Shown one piece after another: positions 9,221 to 17,406 of a stretch of 32,000 nucleotides of DNA (position 1 is its first letter; the number at the start of each line of letters is the position of its first letter). The notes under the pieces are model-generated. The model ran no database searches, was not told the origin of the DNA, and saw nothing but the letters and a program-made list of their open reading frames with translations. Source of the stretch: Trichlorobacter lovleyi SZ (lineage in GTDB: Bacteria; Desulfobacterota; Desulfuromonadia; Geobacterales; Pseudopelobacteraceae); NCBI RefSeq assembly GCF_000020385.1, contig NC_010814.1, positions 1,110,001-1,142,000 of the forward strand. The letters are read 5' to 3'. The position numbers were made by a program, and so were the translations under genes.

Positions 9221-10503
9221 AGTTGTTCTCCCGGTTTCTTTGTTGCAATGCTGCTGCGCCAGCTGAAGGCATCCAGTTGGGCCTCAAGCAGCTGATCAAG
9301 GCTGATGGAGAGAGAAGCGAGCAGCTCTTGCACTGCGGCAAACTCCGATCGTTCCAGCTTCTTTGCCAGAAGCAGCAGTTGCCCGAGTCTCCCCTCGTGG
9401 CGCAAAAGGGCGACGGCCAGATCCTCCGACAGGTTCAGGCCTTCAACAATCTGTTCCATGGAGGTCTCATACAGGGCATCCAGCAATGAAAGTATGCCGG
9501 TCAGGAAGGCCGATTCCGCCAGCTCGGTGCTGCGCTGTCCTGCGGACTCCTGCAACACCAGCAGCTCCATCAGACGCCCCCGTACGGCTGCCATCTCAAG
9601 CAGCGGTGAATTCAAACCGCTCTCGTCCTTGCCGGCAAACAGGGAAAGCTGCATCCAGCGTCGTAGCTGGATAATCCCCAGTAGCATGATGGCATGGCGC
9701 AGGCTCTTGATCTTGTCCCGGGTGCCGGTCATGACCGAGTTGACCAGCTTTAACAGCTGAAAGGTCAGTCCCGGGTCTTCCCGGAAGATCTCTTCAATCG
9801 CGTTAATGTCCGCATCTTCGTGCAACTGTTGCAGTAACTTCAGCATGCCGATGCCGGAGGCATCTATCCGCTTACGGCTGATGATGGCCGGACGCTCGAA
9901 AAAATAGCCCTGGAACAGCTCAAAGCCACATTCCCGGCACTGCTCAAACATCTCAACGGTTTCAACCCGTTCCGCCAGCAGTTGTACCGGGTAGCTGCGC
10001 AGGCTGGCTGCGATTTCGGGCAACTTTGCCGGATCGGTGGTCAGGGTGTCCACCTTGACAATATCAACCATGTTGTAAAAGGCAGCGTGGTCAGGATGGT
10101 AGATATGGTCATCCAGCGCGATACGGAAACCGAGCGATTTCAGGTTGGTACAACGCAAACGGGCCGTTTCGTCAAGCTCGACGTTCTCAAGCAGCTCCAG
10201 TACCGACTGCTCGACCGGCAGCAGTTCCAGCACCTCTGAACTCAGCATGGCGGAGGTGATATTGAGAAACCCGTACTTGTCGCCAAGGATATCCTGCAGA
10301 CCGAAATCGGAAAGGGCGCTGGCAATCACCGAGGCCGAGGCCTGGGCCTGGTCATTGTAGAGTGCGGCCTGATGATCTCCGGCAGCCCTGAAAAGCAGCT
10401 CGTAGCCGATGATCTCCTGCTTGCGGTTCAGAATCGGCTGACGGCCGATAAAGTAGCTGCGGTCATGTTGCCGGTTTGCCTGATGGTCAGATCTGGAATT
10501 CAT
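9217..10503 (-). CDS. EAL domain plus HDOD domain signalling protein (c-di-GMP phosphodiesterase-like)
   Basis: The N-terminal EAL fold is marked by GRQPILNRKQEIIGYELLFR, LNIT, IALDD, VKVD, LLAERVET and FQGYFFERP. The C-terminal ~200 aa are HDOD-like. An AGGAG RBS sits 6 nt before the ATG. Confidence 0.85.
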   Translation of the reverse strand: MNSRSDHQANRQHDRSYFIGRQPILNRKQEIIGYELLFRAAGDHQAALYNDQAQASASVIASALSDFGLQDILGDKYGFLNITSAMLSSEVLELLPVEQSVLELLENVELDETARLRCTNLKSLGFRIALDDHIYHPDHAAFYNMVDIVKVDTLTTDPAKLPEIAASLRSYPVQLLAERVETVEMFEQCRECGFELFQGYFFERPAIISRKRIDASGIGMLKLLQQLHEDADINAIEEIFREDPGLTFQLLKLVNSVMTGTRDKIKSLRHAIMLLGIIQLRRWMQLSLFAGKDESGLNSPLLEMAAVRGRLMELLVLQESAGQRSTELAESAFLTGILSLLDALYETSMEQIVEGLNLSEDLAVALLRHEGRLGQLLLLAKKLERSEFAAVQELLASLSISLDQLLEAQLDAFSWRSSIATKKPGEQL

Positions 10504-10583
10504 TGCGTACTCCTGTCATCGGCCCAGTATACACCATTCCGGACTGATCGACGACGGTACAGCGTATAAGGCACTATGCGCCG

Positions 10584-10772
10584 CTATAACTCTGCAGGCA
10601 TGCAGACGTTTCCGGCCGTGTTGGCCACGTTTCCGCAGTTTTCGCATCGCACGGCCGGATGGCTGGTGACCTGTCTGATGATGTCCCATTCCTGCCGGCT
10701 TTCCAGTTCACACAGGTGCCCCTGATGTTCTTCAATGGCGCAGCAGGTTGTCGTTGCGGTATCTGATGACAT
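10584..10772 (-). CDS. Small (62 aa) Cys-rich hypothetical protein, possibly metal-binding
   Basis: A near-consensus SD (AAGGAGG) lies 7 nt upstream of ATG 10772, which is Met8 of the track ORF. The protein has six Cys, including CC and a CENC knuckle. It is co-oriented between the oxidoreductase beta subunit and the EAL gene. I recognised no family. Confidence 0.5.
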   Translation of the reverse strand: MSSDTATTTCCAIEEHQGHLCELESRQEWDIIRQVTSHPAVRCENCGNVANTAGNVCMPAEL

Positions 10773-10802
10773 GGCGTCATCCTCCTTTTGCATGTTGTTG
10801 AT

Positions 10803-10830
10803 AAACTACTGCGGAGTCCGTCTGCGGCGT
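10803..10830. repeat. 28-nt intergenic repeat, copy A (AAACTACTGCGGAG-N3-GTCTGC-N-GCGT)
   Basis: It matches 26848..26875 at 25 of 28 positions with identical spacing. Both copies are intergenic and directly follow a TAA triplet on the plus strand. Confidence 0.6.
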
Positions 10831-10855
10831 TGCATGGAAGCCGGTCTGCAACCGC

Positions 10856-11896
10856 TCAGCTGTATTCTGCGTTGATCGCATCCAGCGCCGTCCGGGAAGG
10901 ACGCAGTTTTTCGTCCGTCAGATGGACCAGCGGTATATCAACCAGCTTTTCATGTTCGGCCAGGCTCTGCCGCCCTTCGTTGATGTAGAGCAGGCCGGTG
11001 GTAAACATCTGGCCGGAACGTTCCTCTTCCAATAGCCTGATGGCTGCCGGCCGGTCGGTGGGGTCGTATTCCTGGCCGATTTTCCTGAGGCGGATGAGTG
11101 ATCCATCGTGCATTGTTACCTCGCGAACCGCACCGGCTTCGTAGTCAGCCTGAATCTCATCATGTTCCAGGGGGATAAAGTTGATTTCATGCAGCGGCAG
11201 TTCATGCTCTCTGCCCCAGACATAGCTTTTGGTGGAACCCTCGCCGTTGTTGAAGGTGACGCAGGGACTGATGATGTTCAGTACCGCGGTGCCGCGGTGC
11301 GAGAAGGCGGCCTTGAGCAGCGTCTGCAGCTGTTTGGGGTCACCGGCAAAGGAGCGGGCAACAAAACTGCACCCGGCAATGATCGCTTCAAGGCAGAGAT
11401 CAATCGGCGGCAGTTGATTCAGGCCGCCATGCCTGGACTTCTGCCCCAGGTCAGCGGTGGCGGAGAGCTGTCCCTTGGTCAGGCCATAGACGCCGTTATT
11501 TTCGATCAGGTAGACCATATCAACGTTGCGGCGCAGCAGATGCTTGAACTGGCCGAGACCGATTGAACCGGTGTCGCCGTCGCCGCTGACGCCGATGGCC
11601 ACCAGATCCTTGTTGACGGTTGTGGCGCCGGTGGCCAGTGACGGCATACGTCCATGCAGGCCGTTGATGCTGTGGGATTTACCGAGGAAGTAGGCCGGGC
11701 TTTTGCTTGAACAGCCGATGCCGCTGAATTTGGCGATGCGGGTCGGGTCAAGCGCCAGCTCATAGGCGGCAGCGATGATCACGTTGGCGATCGAGTAGTG
11801 GCCGCAGCCGTTGCAGAGTGTCGAGCCGGCACCGTTGTAATCGGCCTTGCTCAAGCCGATCCGGTTGACAGCAGCAGATTCGGTGGTTGCAGTCAT
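10856..11896 (-). CDS. korB: 2-oxoacid (2-oxoglutarate):ferredoxin oxidoreductase, beta (TPP-binding) subunit
   Basis: It has the TPP-binding motif GVSGDGDTGSIG...ENNGVYGLTKGQ and the N-terminal Cys motif CNGCGH. The start overlaps the alpha subunit's stop (ATGA). Confidence 0.85.
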   Translation of the reverse strand: MTATTESAAVNRIGLSKADYNGAGSTLCNGCGHYSIANVIIAAAYELALDPTRIAKFSGIGCSSKSPAYFLGKSHSINGLHGRMPSLATGATTVNKDLVAIGVSGDGDTGSIGLGQFKHLLRRNVDMVYLIENNGVYGLTKGQLSATADLGQKSRHGGLNQLPPIDLCLEAIIAGCSFVARSFAGDPKQLQTLLKAAFSHRGTAVLNIISPCVTFNNGEGSTKSYVWGREHELPLHEINFIPLEHDEIQADYEAGAVREVTMHDGSLIRLRKIGQEYDPTDRPAAIRLLEEERSGQMFTTGLLYINEGRQSLAEHEKLVDIPLVHLTDEKLRPSRTALDAINAEYS

Positions 11897-13743
11897 GGCT
11901 TCTCCTCCTTTGCTTCAAGCGCCGTAATCGATGCGGCGATCCAGTCGGCGGTCAGGGGCAGACCGTCACACCTGGTGATCGAGACGAGCCGGTCGGCATC
12001 GGCAGGCGCATGCAGTTGGATCAGTGCGCGCATCTGGCCATCCAGGTTGTTTTCAACGACATAGAGGCGTTTGTGGCTGCTGACGAACTCCGTCAGACTG
12101 CTTTCCAGCGGCAGGGCACGCAGCCGCAGGTATGATGAAGCGACACCGGCTGCACGCAGGAGATCACGTGCCTCCCGGATGGCCGGGTCGTTGCTGCCGT
12201 AGGAGATCAGCCCGACTTCTGCAGCATTGACCGGATCAATAACCGGCGCAGGCACGATGGTGCGTGCGTAGTCATGCTTCCTGGCCAGGCGGCTCAGGTT
12301 GGCGGCCCAGTCCTCGGGGCGTTCGCTGTAGCCTGCAGCCTCATTGTGGCCGGTGCCGCGCGTGAAATACGCGGCTGCCGGATGGTTGGTGCCGGGCAGA
12401 GTCCGGTAGCAGATGCCGTCGCCGTCAAGGTCGGCATAGCGTTTCCAGTCCCCCTGCAGGCGGGTGAGCTCATCGGCCGACAGGACTTTGCCGCGGTCAA
12501 GCGGTCGGTCAGGGTAGCTAAACGGTTTGGTCGGCCAGAGGTTCAGGCCGAGATCAAGGTCGCTCAATACGATCACCAAGGTTTGCAGCCGCTCGGCCAG
12601 ATCAAGTGCCATGCCGCCGAATTCAAAGCATTCGCTTACCGTGCCGGGGATCAGGCAGATATGCCGGCCATCGCCATGACCGAGGGTGTACGCCGCCAGG
12701 ATGTCGTCCTGCGCCGTGCGGGTCGGCAGGCCGGTGGATGGTCCCATCCGCTGCACATCCCAGATAACGGCAGGAATCTCGGCAAAGTAGGCGTACCCGG
12801 CAAACTCGGCCATCAGGGAAAGGCCCGGCCCTGACGTTGCCGTCATTGAGCGGGCACCGGCCCAGCCGGCCCCGACCACCATACCGATAACTGCCAGCTC
12901 ATCCTCTGCCTGGATGATCGAGTAGGTGGCCTTGCCGTCAGGGTCACGGCGCAGCCTGTGGAGATAGTCACTCAGGTGGTCCACAATGGATGTCGAGGGG
13001 GTGATCGGATACCAGGCCACAAACTGCACGCCGCCAAAGATCGCGCCGAGGGCCGCGGCGCTGTTGCCGTCGATCAGAAACGTCCCTTCGGTCCTGTCCA
13101 TCCGTTCGATGCAAAACGGATCGCTTTTGACAAGGTTCGTTGCTGCCCAGTCATAGGCGGCTTGTACGGTGGCGTAGTTGAGCGCAACCGCATTCTGCTT
13201 GCCGTTGAATTGGTGTGACAATGCAGCTTCAATCTCCTGCAGGTCGATGTTCAGCAGCCAGGCCAGGGTGCCGACATAGACCATGTTGGCGACGTACGGC
13301 CTCAACTTTATATCTGCCCCGGACTGTTTGACCAGCTCATTCACCGGCATTGGATAAAAGGTGACGTCGTCGCGTTTGAGCGGGAGCTGTTCGTCCAGCG
13401 GATAGAGACAGATACCGCCTGGTGCCAGACTCCGGATATCCTCCTGAAGTGAGGCCCTGTTCAGTGCCACCAGCACCTCGCTCTGTTCGCGGCGGGCAAG
13501 GTAGCCCGCTTTGCTGACGCGAATGGTGAACCAGGTGGGCAGCCCCTGAATGTTGGAAGGGAAGATGTTTTTGCCGCTGACCGGGACACCCGTCTTGTGG
13601 ATGGCACGCAGCAGCGTGTTGTTGGCGGTTTGGCTGCCGGCACCGTTGACGGTGGCGATGGTGATCGAGAAGTCGTTAACACAGGGCGCTCGACGGTCAG
13701 CCACGTTTGTGGCGGGTGGTTGCTTGGCATCGGTGACGATCAT
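11893..13743 (-). CDS. korA: 2-oxoacid (2-oxoglutarate):ferredoxin oxidoreductase, alpha subunit with fused N-terminal gamma-like domain
   Basis: Its architecture is that of two-subunit OFORs: an N-terminal gamma-like block (ITIATVNGAGSQTANN) followed by the alpha domain (AWYPITPST, GPGLSLM). I prefer ATG 13743 (GAGG 7 nt upstream) over the track's GTG at 13758. Confidence 0.85.
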   Translation of the reverse strand: MIVTDAKQPPATNVADRRAPCVNDFSITIATVNGAGSQTANNTLLRAIHKTGVPVSGKNIFPSNIQGLPTWFTIRVSKAGYLARREQSEVLVALNRASLQEDIRSLAPGGICLYPLDEQLPLKRDDVTFYPMPVNELVKQSGADIKLRPYVANMVYVGTLAWLLNIDLQEIEAALSHQFNGKQNAVALNYATVQAAYDWAATNLVKSDPFCIERMDRTEGTFLIDGNSAAALGAIFGGVQFVAWYPITPSTSIVDHLSDYLHRLRRDPDGKATYSIIQAEDELAVIGMVVGAGWAGARSMTATSGPGLSLMAEFAGYAYFAEIPAVIWDVQRMGPSTGLPTRTAQDDILAAYTLGHGDGRHICLIPGTVSECFEFGGMALDLAERLQTLVIVLSDLDLGLNLWPTKPFSYPDRPLDRGKVLSADELTRLQGDWKRYADLDGDGICYRTLPGTNHPAAAYFTRGTGHNEAAGYSERPEDWAANLSRLARKHDYARTIVPAPVIDPVNAAEVGLISYGSNDPAIREARDLLRAAGVASSYLRLRALPLESSLTEFVSSHKRLYVVENNLDGQMRALIQLHAPADADRLVSITRCDGLPLTADWIAASITALEAKEEKP

Positions 13744-13909
13744 ACAGGTACCTCGCACAGGTCGGATAGGTTGCGGAGCAGTAACCGGTTATGGCTGGAC
13801 CGCCCCTTGCTGCAGGAAAATACCAGCATAAGCGGATTAGTTGCAAACGGCAACATGGCTTGAGTATCACAGTGCCCAGTGTAGCAGCTTTGCCGGGCAG
13901 GTCCAGAGG

Positions 13910-15187
13910 CTAGCCGGAGTGTCCGCCCTGTTCGCTGCCGCTGCCCACCGGGCTGTCTTCTCCCTGCTGCTCACCGCGGGGAAGCAGCAGGTTCAGTATG
14001 ACCGCCAGCACACCGCAGAGGCTGATTCCCTGAAGACTGAAGCTGCCGATGGTGACGCCCAGGCCGCCGATACCGGTCACCAGGGTGACTGAGACCAGGC
14101 AGAGGTTGCGTGGTTTCATCAGGTCAACCCTGCCGTCAATAATGGTCTTCAGGCCGATGCCTGCGATGGAGCCGAAAAGCAGGACCATGATCCCTCCCAT
14201 GACCGGCATGGGGATCGTCTGCAACAGGGCGCCGAACTTGCCGACAAACGCCATCAGAATGGCAAAGCCGGCCGCCCAGGTCATGACCACCGGGTTGTAG
14301 TTACGGGTCAGCATGACCGCCCCGGTTACCTCGCCGTAGGTGGTTACCGGCGGGCCGCCAAAGAGGCCGGCAATGGTGACCGCCAGGCCGTCACCCAGCA
14401 GGGTACGGTGCAGGCCGGGCTGCTCCGTGTAATCACGGCCGACCACCGAACCGATGGCCAGAATGCCGCCCACATGCTCGACAATCGGGGCTATGGCCAC
14501 CGGGATCATGAACAGGATTGCCGCCAGATTGAACTCAGGATGGCCGAACTGCGGCACTGCCAGCCAGGGGGCGTTGATCACCTTGCTGAAGTCAACCAGA
14601 CCGAGGAAAAGGGAGCTGCCGTAGCCGGCTGCCACACCCACCAGGATCGGCACCAGTTTGAGCAGGCCGCGGGCATGGATGGCGGTCAGCATGGTGGCGG
14701 TCAGTGAAATTGCGGCAATACCCAGGGCCGTGCCATAGGGGACGACCTGGCTGTCGCCGGCCTTGCCGGTGGCCATGTTGATCGCCACCTGGGCCAGTCC
14801 CAGGCCGATAACCATTACCACCGGCCCGATCACCACCGGCGGCAGCAGGTGATGTATGAAGCCAACCCCGCGCCATTTTACCAGAGCCGCGGCGATATAG
14901 TAGAACAGACTGGCCGCTGCCAGCGCCCCCAGGGTGGCCGGCATGCCCCAACTCTTGACCGAATAGATCACCGGGGCGATAAAGGCGAACGAAGAGCCGA
15001 GGTAGATCGGCACCTGACGCCCGGTGCAGATCTGGAAGACCAGGGTGCCGATCCCGGCCCCCAGCAGCGCCAGACTGGGGTTCAGACCGGTCAACAGCGG
15101 AACGAGTACGGTTGCCCCGAAGGCGACAAACAGGATCTGTGCGCCGGAAAGGGCGGTACGCCAGACCGGTTCGGGAGTGGTTGACAT
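13910..15187 (-). CDS. uraA: Uracil/xanthine permease (NCS2 family)
   Basis: It is a polytopic NCS2 protein with a UraA-like N-terminus (LSGAQILFVAFGATVLVPLLTG) and YLGSSFAF. It begins 12 nt downstream of upp. Confidence 0.88.
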   Translation of the reverse strand: MSTTPEPVWRTALSGAQILFVAFGATVLVPLLTGLNPSLALLGAGIGTLVFQICTGRQVPIYLGSSFAFIAPVIYSVKSWGMPATLGALAAASLFYYIAAALVKWRGVGFIHHLLPPVVIGPVVMVIGLGLAQVAINMATGKAGDSQVVPYGTALGIAAISLTATMLTAIHARGLLKLVPILVGVAAGYGSSLFLGLVDFSKVINAPWLAVPQFGHPEFNLAAILFMIPVAIAPIVEHVGGILAIGSVVGRDYTEQPGLHRTLLGDGLAVTIAGLFGGPPVTTYGEVTGAVMLTRNYNPVVMTWAAGFAILMAFVGKFGALLQTIPMPVMGGIMVLLFGSIAGIGLKTIIDGRVDLMKPRNLCLVSVTLVTGIGGLGVTIGSFSLQGISLCGVLAVILNLLLPRGEQQGEDSPVGSGSEQGGHSG

Positions 15188-15199
15188 TGCGCTGGTCTC

Positions 15200-15826
15200 C
15201 TATTTGGTACCGAAGATTTTATCCCCGGCATCGCCGAGGCCAGGAAGGATGTAGCCATGCTCATTGAGCCGTTCATCAATGGAGGCAACGTAGATTTCAA
15301 CATCAGGGTGGGCGCTGCTGATCTTCTCAAGACCCTCGGGGACGGCCACCAGAAACAGGCCCTTGATCCGTCGGCAACCGGTTGCCTTCAGCATCTCGAT
15401 GGTGGCCAGCAGTGAACCGCCGGTCGCCAGCATCGGATCAATGATCAAGGCGGTACGCTCCTCCATGTCCGTGGTAAATTTCTCGTAGTAGGCCACCGGT
15501 TCCAGGGTCTCCTCGTTACGGTACAGGCCGACCACGCTGACCTTGGCACTGGGAATCATATCAAGCACCCCGTTCATCATCCCCAGACCAGCCCGCAAAA
15601 TCGGCACAATCGTAATTTTCTTGCCCTTGATCTGCTGGACGGTGACCGGCCCGGCCCAACCGTTGATCGTGATACTCTCGGTTTCAAGATCCTTGGTCGC
15701 TTCATAGGTCAACAGACGGGCAACTTCAGAGGCAAGCTCACGAAACTGCTTGGTGCTGAGATCAGCCTTGCGCAGCAGGCCGAGCTTGTGCTGGATCAGC
15801 GGGTGTTTGACTTCGTAAATGGCCAC
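15200..15826 (-). CDS. upp: Uracil phosphoribosyltransferase
   Basis: It shows the [14 protein letters not shown]-terminus, the PRPP-binding loop [12 protein letters not shown] and the C-terminal [11 protein letters not shown]. The start is GTG, with an AAGGAG RBS 7 nt upstream. Confidence 0.93.
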   Translation of the reverse strand: MAIYEVKHPLIQHKLGLLRKADLSTKQFRELASEVARLLTYEATKDLETESITINGWAGPVTVQQIKGKKITIVPILRAGLGMMNGVLDMIPSAKVSVVGLYRNEETLEPVAYYEKFTTDMEERTALIIDPMLATGGSLLATIEMLKATGCRRIKGLFLVAVPEGLEKISSAHPDVEIYVASIDERLNEHGYILPGLGDAGDKIFGTK

Positions 15827-15933
15827 GTCAGAGCTCCTTGGGACAGGTTTGGTTTGAGCGAGTCAGCTATACATATAGTTCAACGTCCGGCAGGTCAAGC
15901 GGTGAGAACAGAGCACAGGCTGACGCCGCCGGG

Positions 15934-17211
15934 TCAGCTCCAGGTAAACAGGGGGACGCTGGCGCCAAGCCCATGGACAACGCTGGTAAAGGCCTGTCTG
16001 GTATGTAGTTTTTCTCTACCAAACCGCTCGGCAAACAGGGCCTGGATATGGGGGATACGGGAGGTGCCTCCGGTGAGAAAGACCGAATCGATCCGGTCCG
16101 GTAGCAGACCGGATCGTGCCAGCACGTCATCGATGCAGTCGGCAATCTGCCGGAAATTTTCACGGTTGATGCTCTCGAACTCCAGCTTGCTGAGCTGCTC
16201 GCTGATGCATAGATCCCGCTCCGTAAAGCTGATCCTGGCCTGTTCCTGGTCGGAAAGCCGGCACTTGGCGCTTTCTATGGCCTGAAACAGGAAGTAGCCG
16301 AAGTTGTCATCAATGATGTTTTCCAGGTGCTGAATCGCCTGGCGATTGTCGGTACTGCCTTTGATCACGCGGATATGCTCTCTGGTCTTCCGGGCCCGTA
16401 AAAGCGGGATGCGATGCCACTGGCAGAGGGTGTAGATGATGCTGCGGGGCACCGTGACCCAGTCATCCTTGCCCAGGGTCTTATAGCGGGCAGTGCGGCC
16501 AAAATAGTGGGCCACCTTGTCCCACATGATCTGCGAGTCGAACTTGTCTCCGGCCACATAAACGCCCCCCAGTGAGAGCACGTCACTGCGGCGGTCGGAG
16601 CGGGCAAAGGCGCCCCCTTTAACGCGTATTACCGAGAAATCCGAAGTCCCCCCGCCGAAATCACCGATAAACACGATCCGTTCCTGTCCGGGCTGCAATG
16701 TCTCTTCAAAGGCCAGCGCCGCTGCCACCGGTTCATACTGAAACCGGATCTGTTTAAAACCTGCCTTGCGGGCAGCCTTTTCCAGACGCTGCTCAGCCAC
16801 GGCGTCTTTGGCAGGATCGGTTGAAAACAGAACCGGCCGCCCCAGCACCACACGCTCCACAGGGCAGCCCAGATGCGTCTCTCCCCGTGCCTTGATCTGC
16901 CTCAGGATGATGGCCACCAGGTCATCGATAGCGTAGCGCTTTCCAAAAATCTCGGTGCTGTCGAAGCTGGTATTGGGTAAAAATGTCTTGATCGACTGCA
17001 TAAAACGTCCTGCAGCGCCATCACCGACGTACTGGCGGACCGCTTCATTTCCGGCAAAGATCTCGTTGTCTTCGTTAAAATAGAGCACTGAGCGCATCAG
17101 CTCTCCGGAACGGTCCGTGCCGTCAACGGCCACCACCTCGACCGTGCCGTTGTGATAGATCGACAGTGCTGAATTGGTGGTACCAAAATCGATACCGAAT
17201 ACGGGTTGCAT
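15934..17211 (-). CDS. Hsp70-family ATPase consisting of the nucleotide-binding domain only (YegD-like)
   Basis: It carries actin/Hsp70 phosphate-1 GIDFGTTNS, phosphate-2 IGDFGGGTSD and adenosine LTGGTSRIP motifs. FQYEPVAAALAFE resembles E. coli YegD. At 425 aa it has no substrate-binding domain. Confidence 0.85.
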   Translation of the reverse strand: MQPVFGIDFGTTNSALSIYHNGTVEVVAVDGTDRSGELMRSVLYFNEDNEIFAGNEAVRQYVGDGAAGRFMQSIKTFLPNTSFDSTEIFGKRYAIDDLVAIILRQIKARGETHLGCPVERVVLGRPVLFSTDPAKDAVAEQRLEKAARKAGFKQIRFQYEPVAAALAFEETLQPGQERIVFIGDFGGGTSDFSVIRVKGGAFARSDRRSDVLSLGGVYVAGDKFDSQIMWDKVAHYFGRTARYKTLGKDDWVTVPRSIIYTLCQWHRIPLLRARKTREHIRVIKGSTDNRQAIQHLENIIDDNFGYFLFQAIESAKCRLSDQEQARISFTERDLCISEQLSKLEFESINRENFRQIADCIDDVLARSGLLPDRIDSVFLTGGTSRIPHIQALFAERFGREKLHTRQAFTSVVHGLGASVPLFTWS

Positions 17212-17273
17212 CTACTGAATACCTCCGGGGAAATGCGTGCAGCCTGGCGGGGCATCGCACGATCTAAGGTTGC

Positions 17274-17312
17274 AAGAAAAGAAGGCCCCTTTCCCGAATG
17301 AAAAGTGGCCCC
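17274..17312 (-). terminator. Rho-independent terminator downstream of the caspase-like gene
   Basis: The minus strand reads GGCCACTTTTC-ATTCG-GGAAAGGGGCC (11-bp stem, one mismatch) followed by TTCTTTTCTT. A smaller GCGCCC/GGGCGC hairpin precedes it. Confidence 0.6.
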
Positions 17313-17406
17313 GTGAAGTTTGGCGCCCACTGGCGGGCGCTCTTCAAGCTTTGTCGCTGGAAGAAATAAACGAGTTTGTAGAAGATATGACTGTTTTGGC
17401 TGCGTG

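Noticed and set aside
10574-10780. An alternative-frame 68-aa ORF overlapping the small Cys-rich ORF.
   Set aside because: It has no RBS, and the other frame has a near-consensus SD at the correct spacing.
13782-13791. A perfect 10-bp palindrome TAACCGGTTA about 40 nt upstream of the oxidoreductase alpha gene start.
   Set aside because: Perfect 10-bp palindromes are expected roughly 30 times by chance in 32 kb, and I could associate no known operator consensus with it.
13811-13826. A sigma-54-like element upstream of the oxidoreductase alpha gene (minus strand CTGGTATTTTCCTGCA, resembling nifH-type -24/-12 promoters).
   Set aside because: The GG-to-GC spacing is one nucleotide shorter than the strict -24/-12 spacing, so it is unlikely to function as written.
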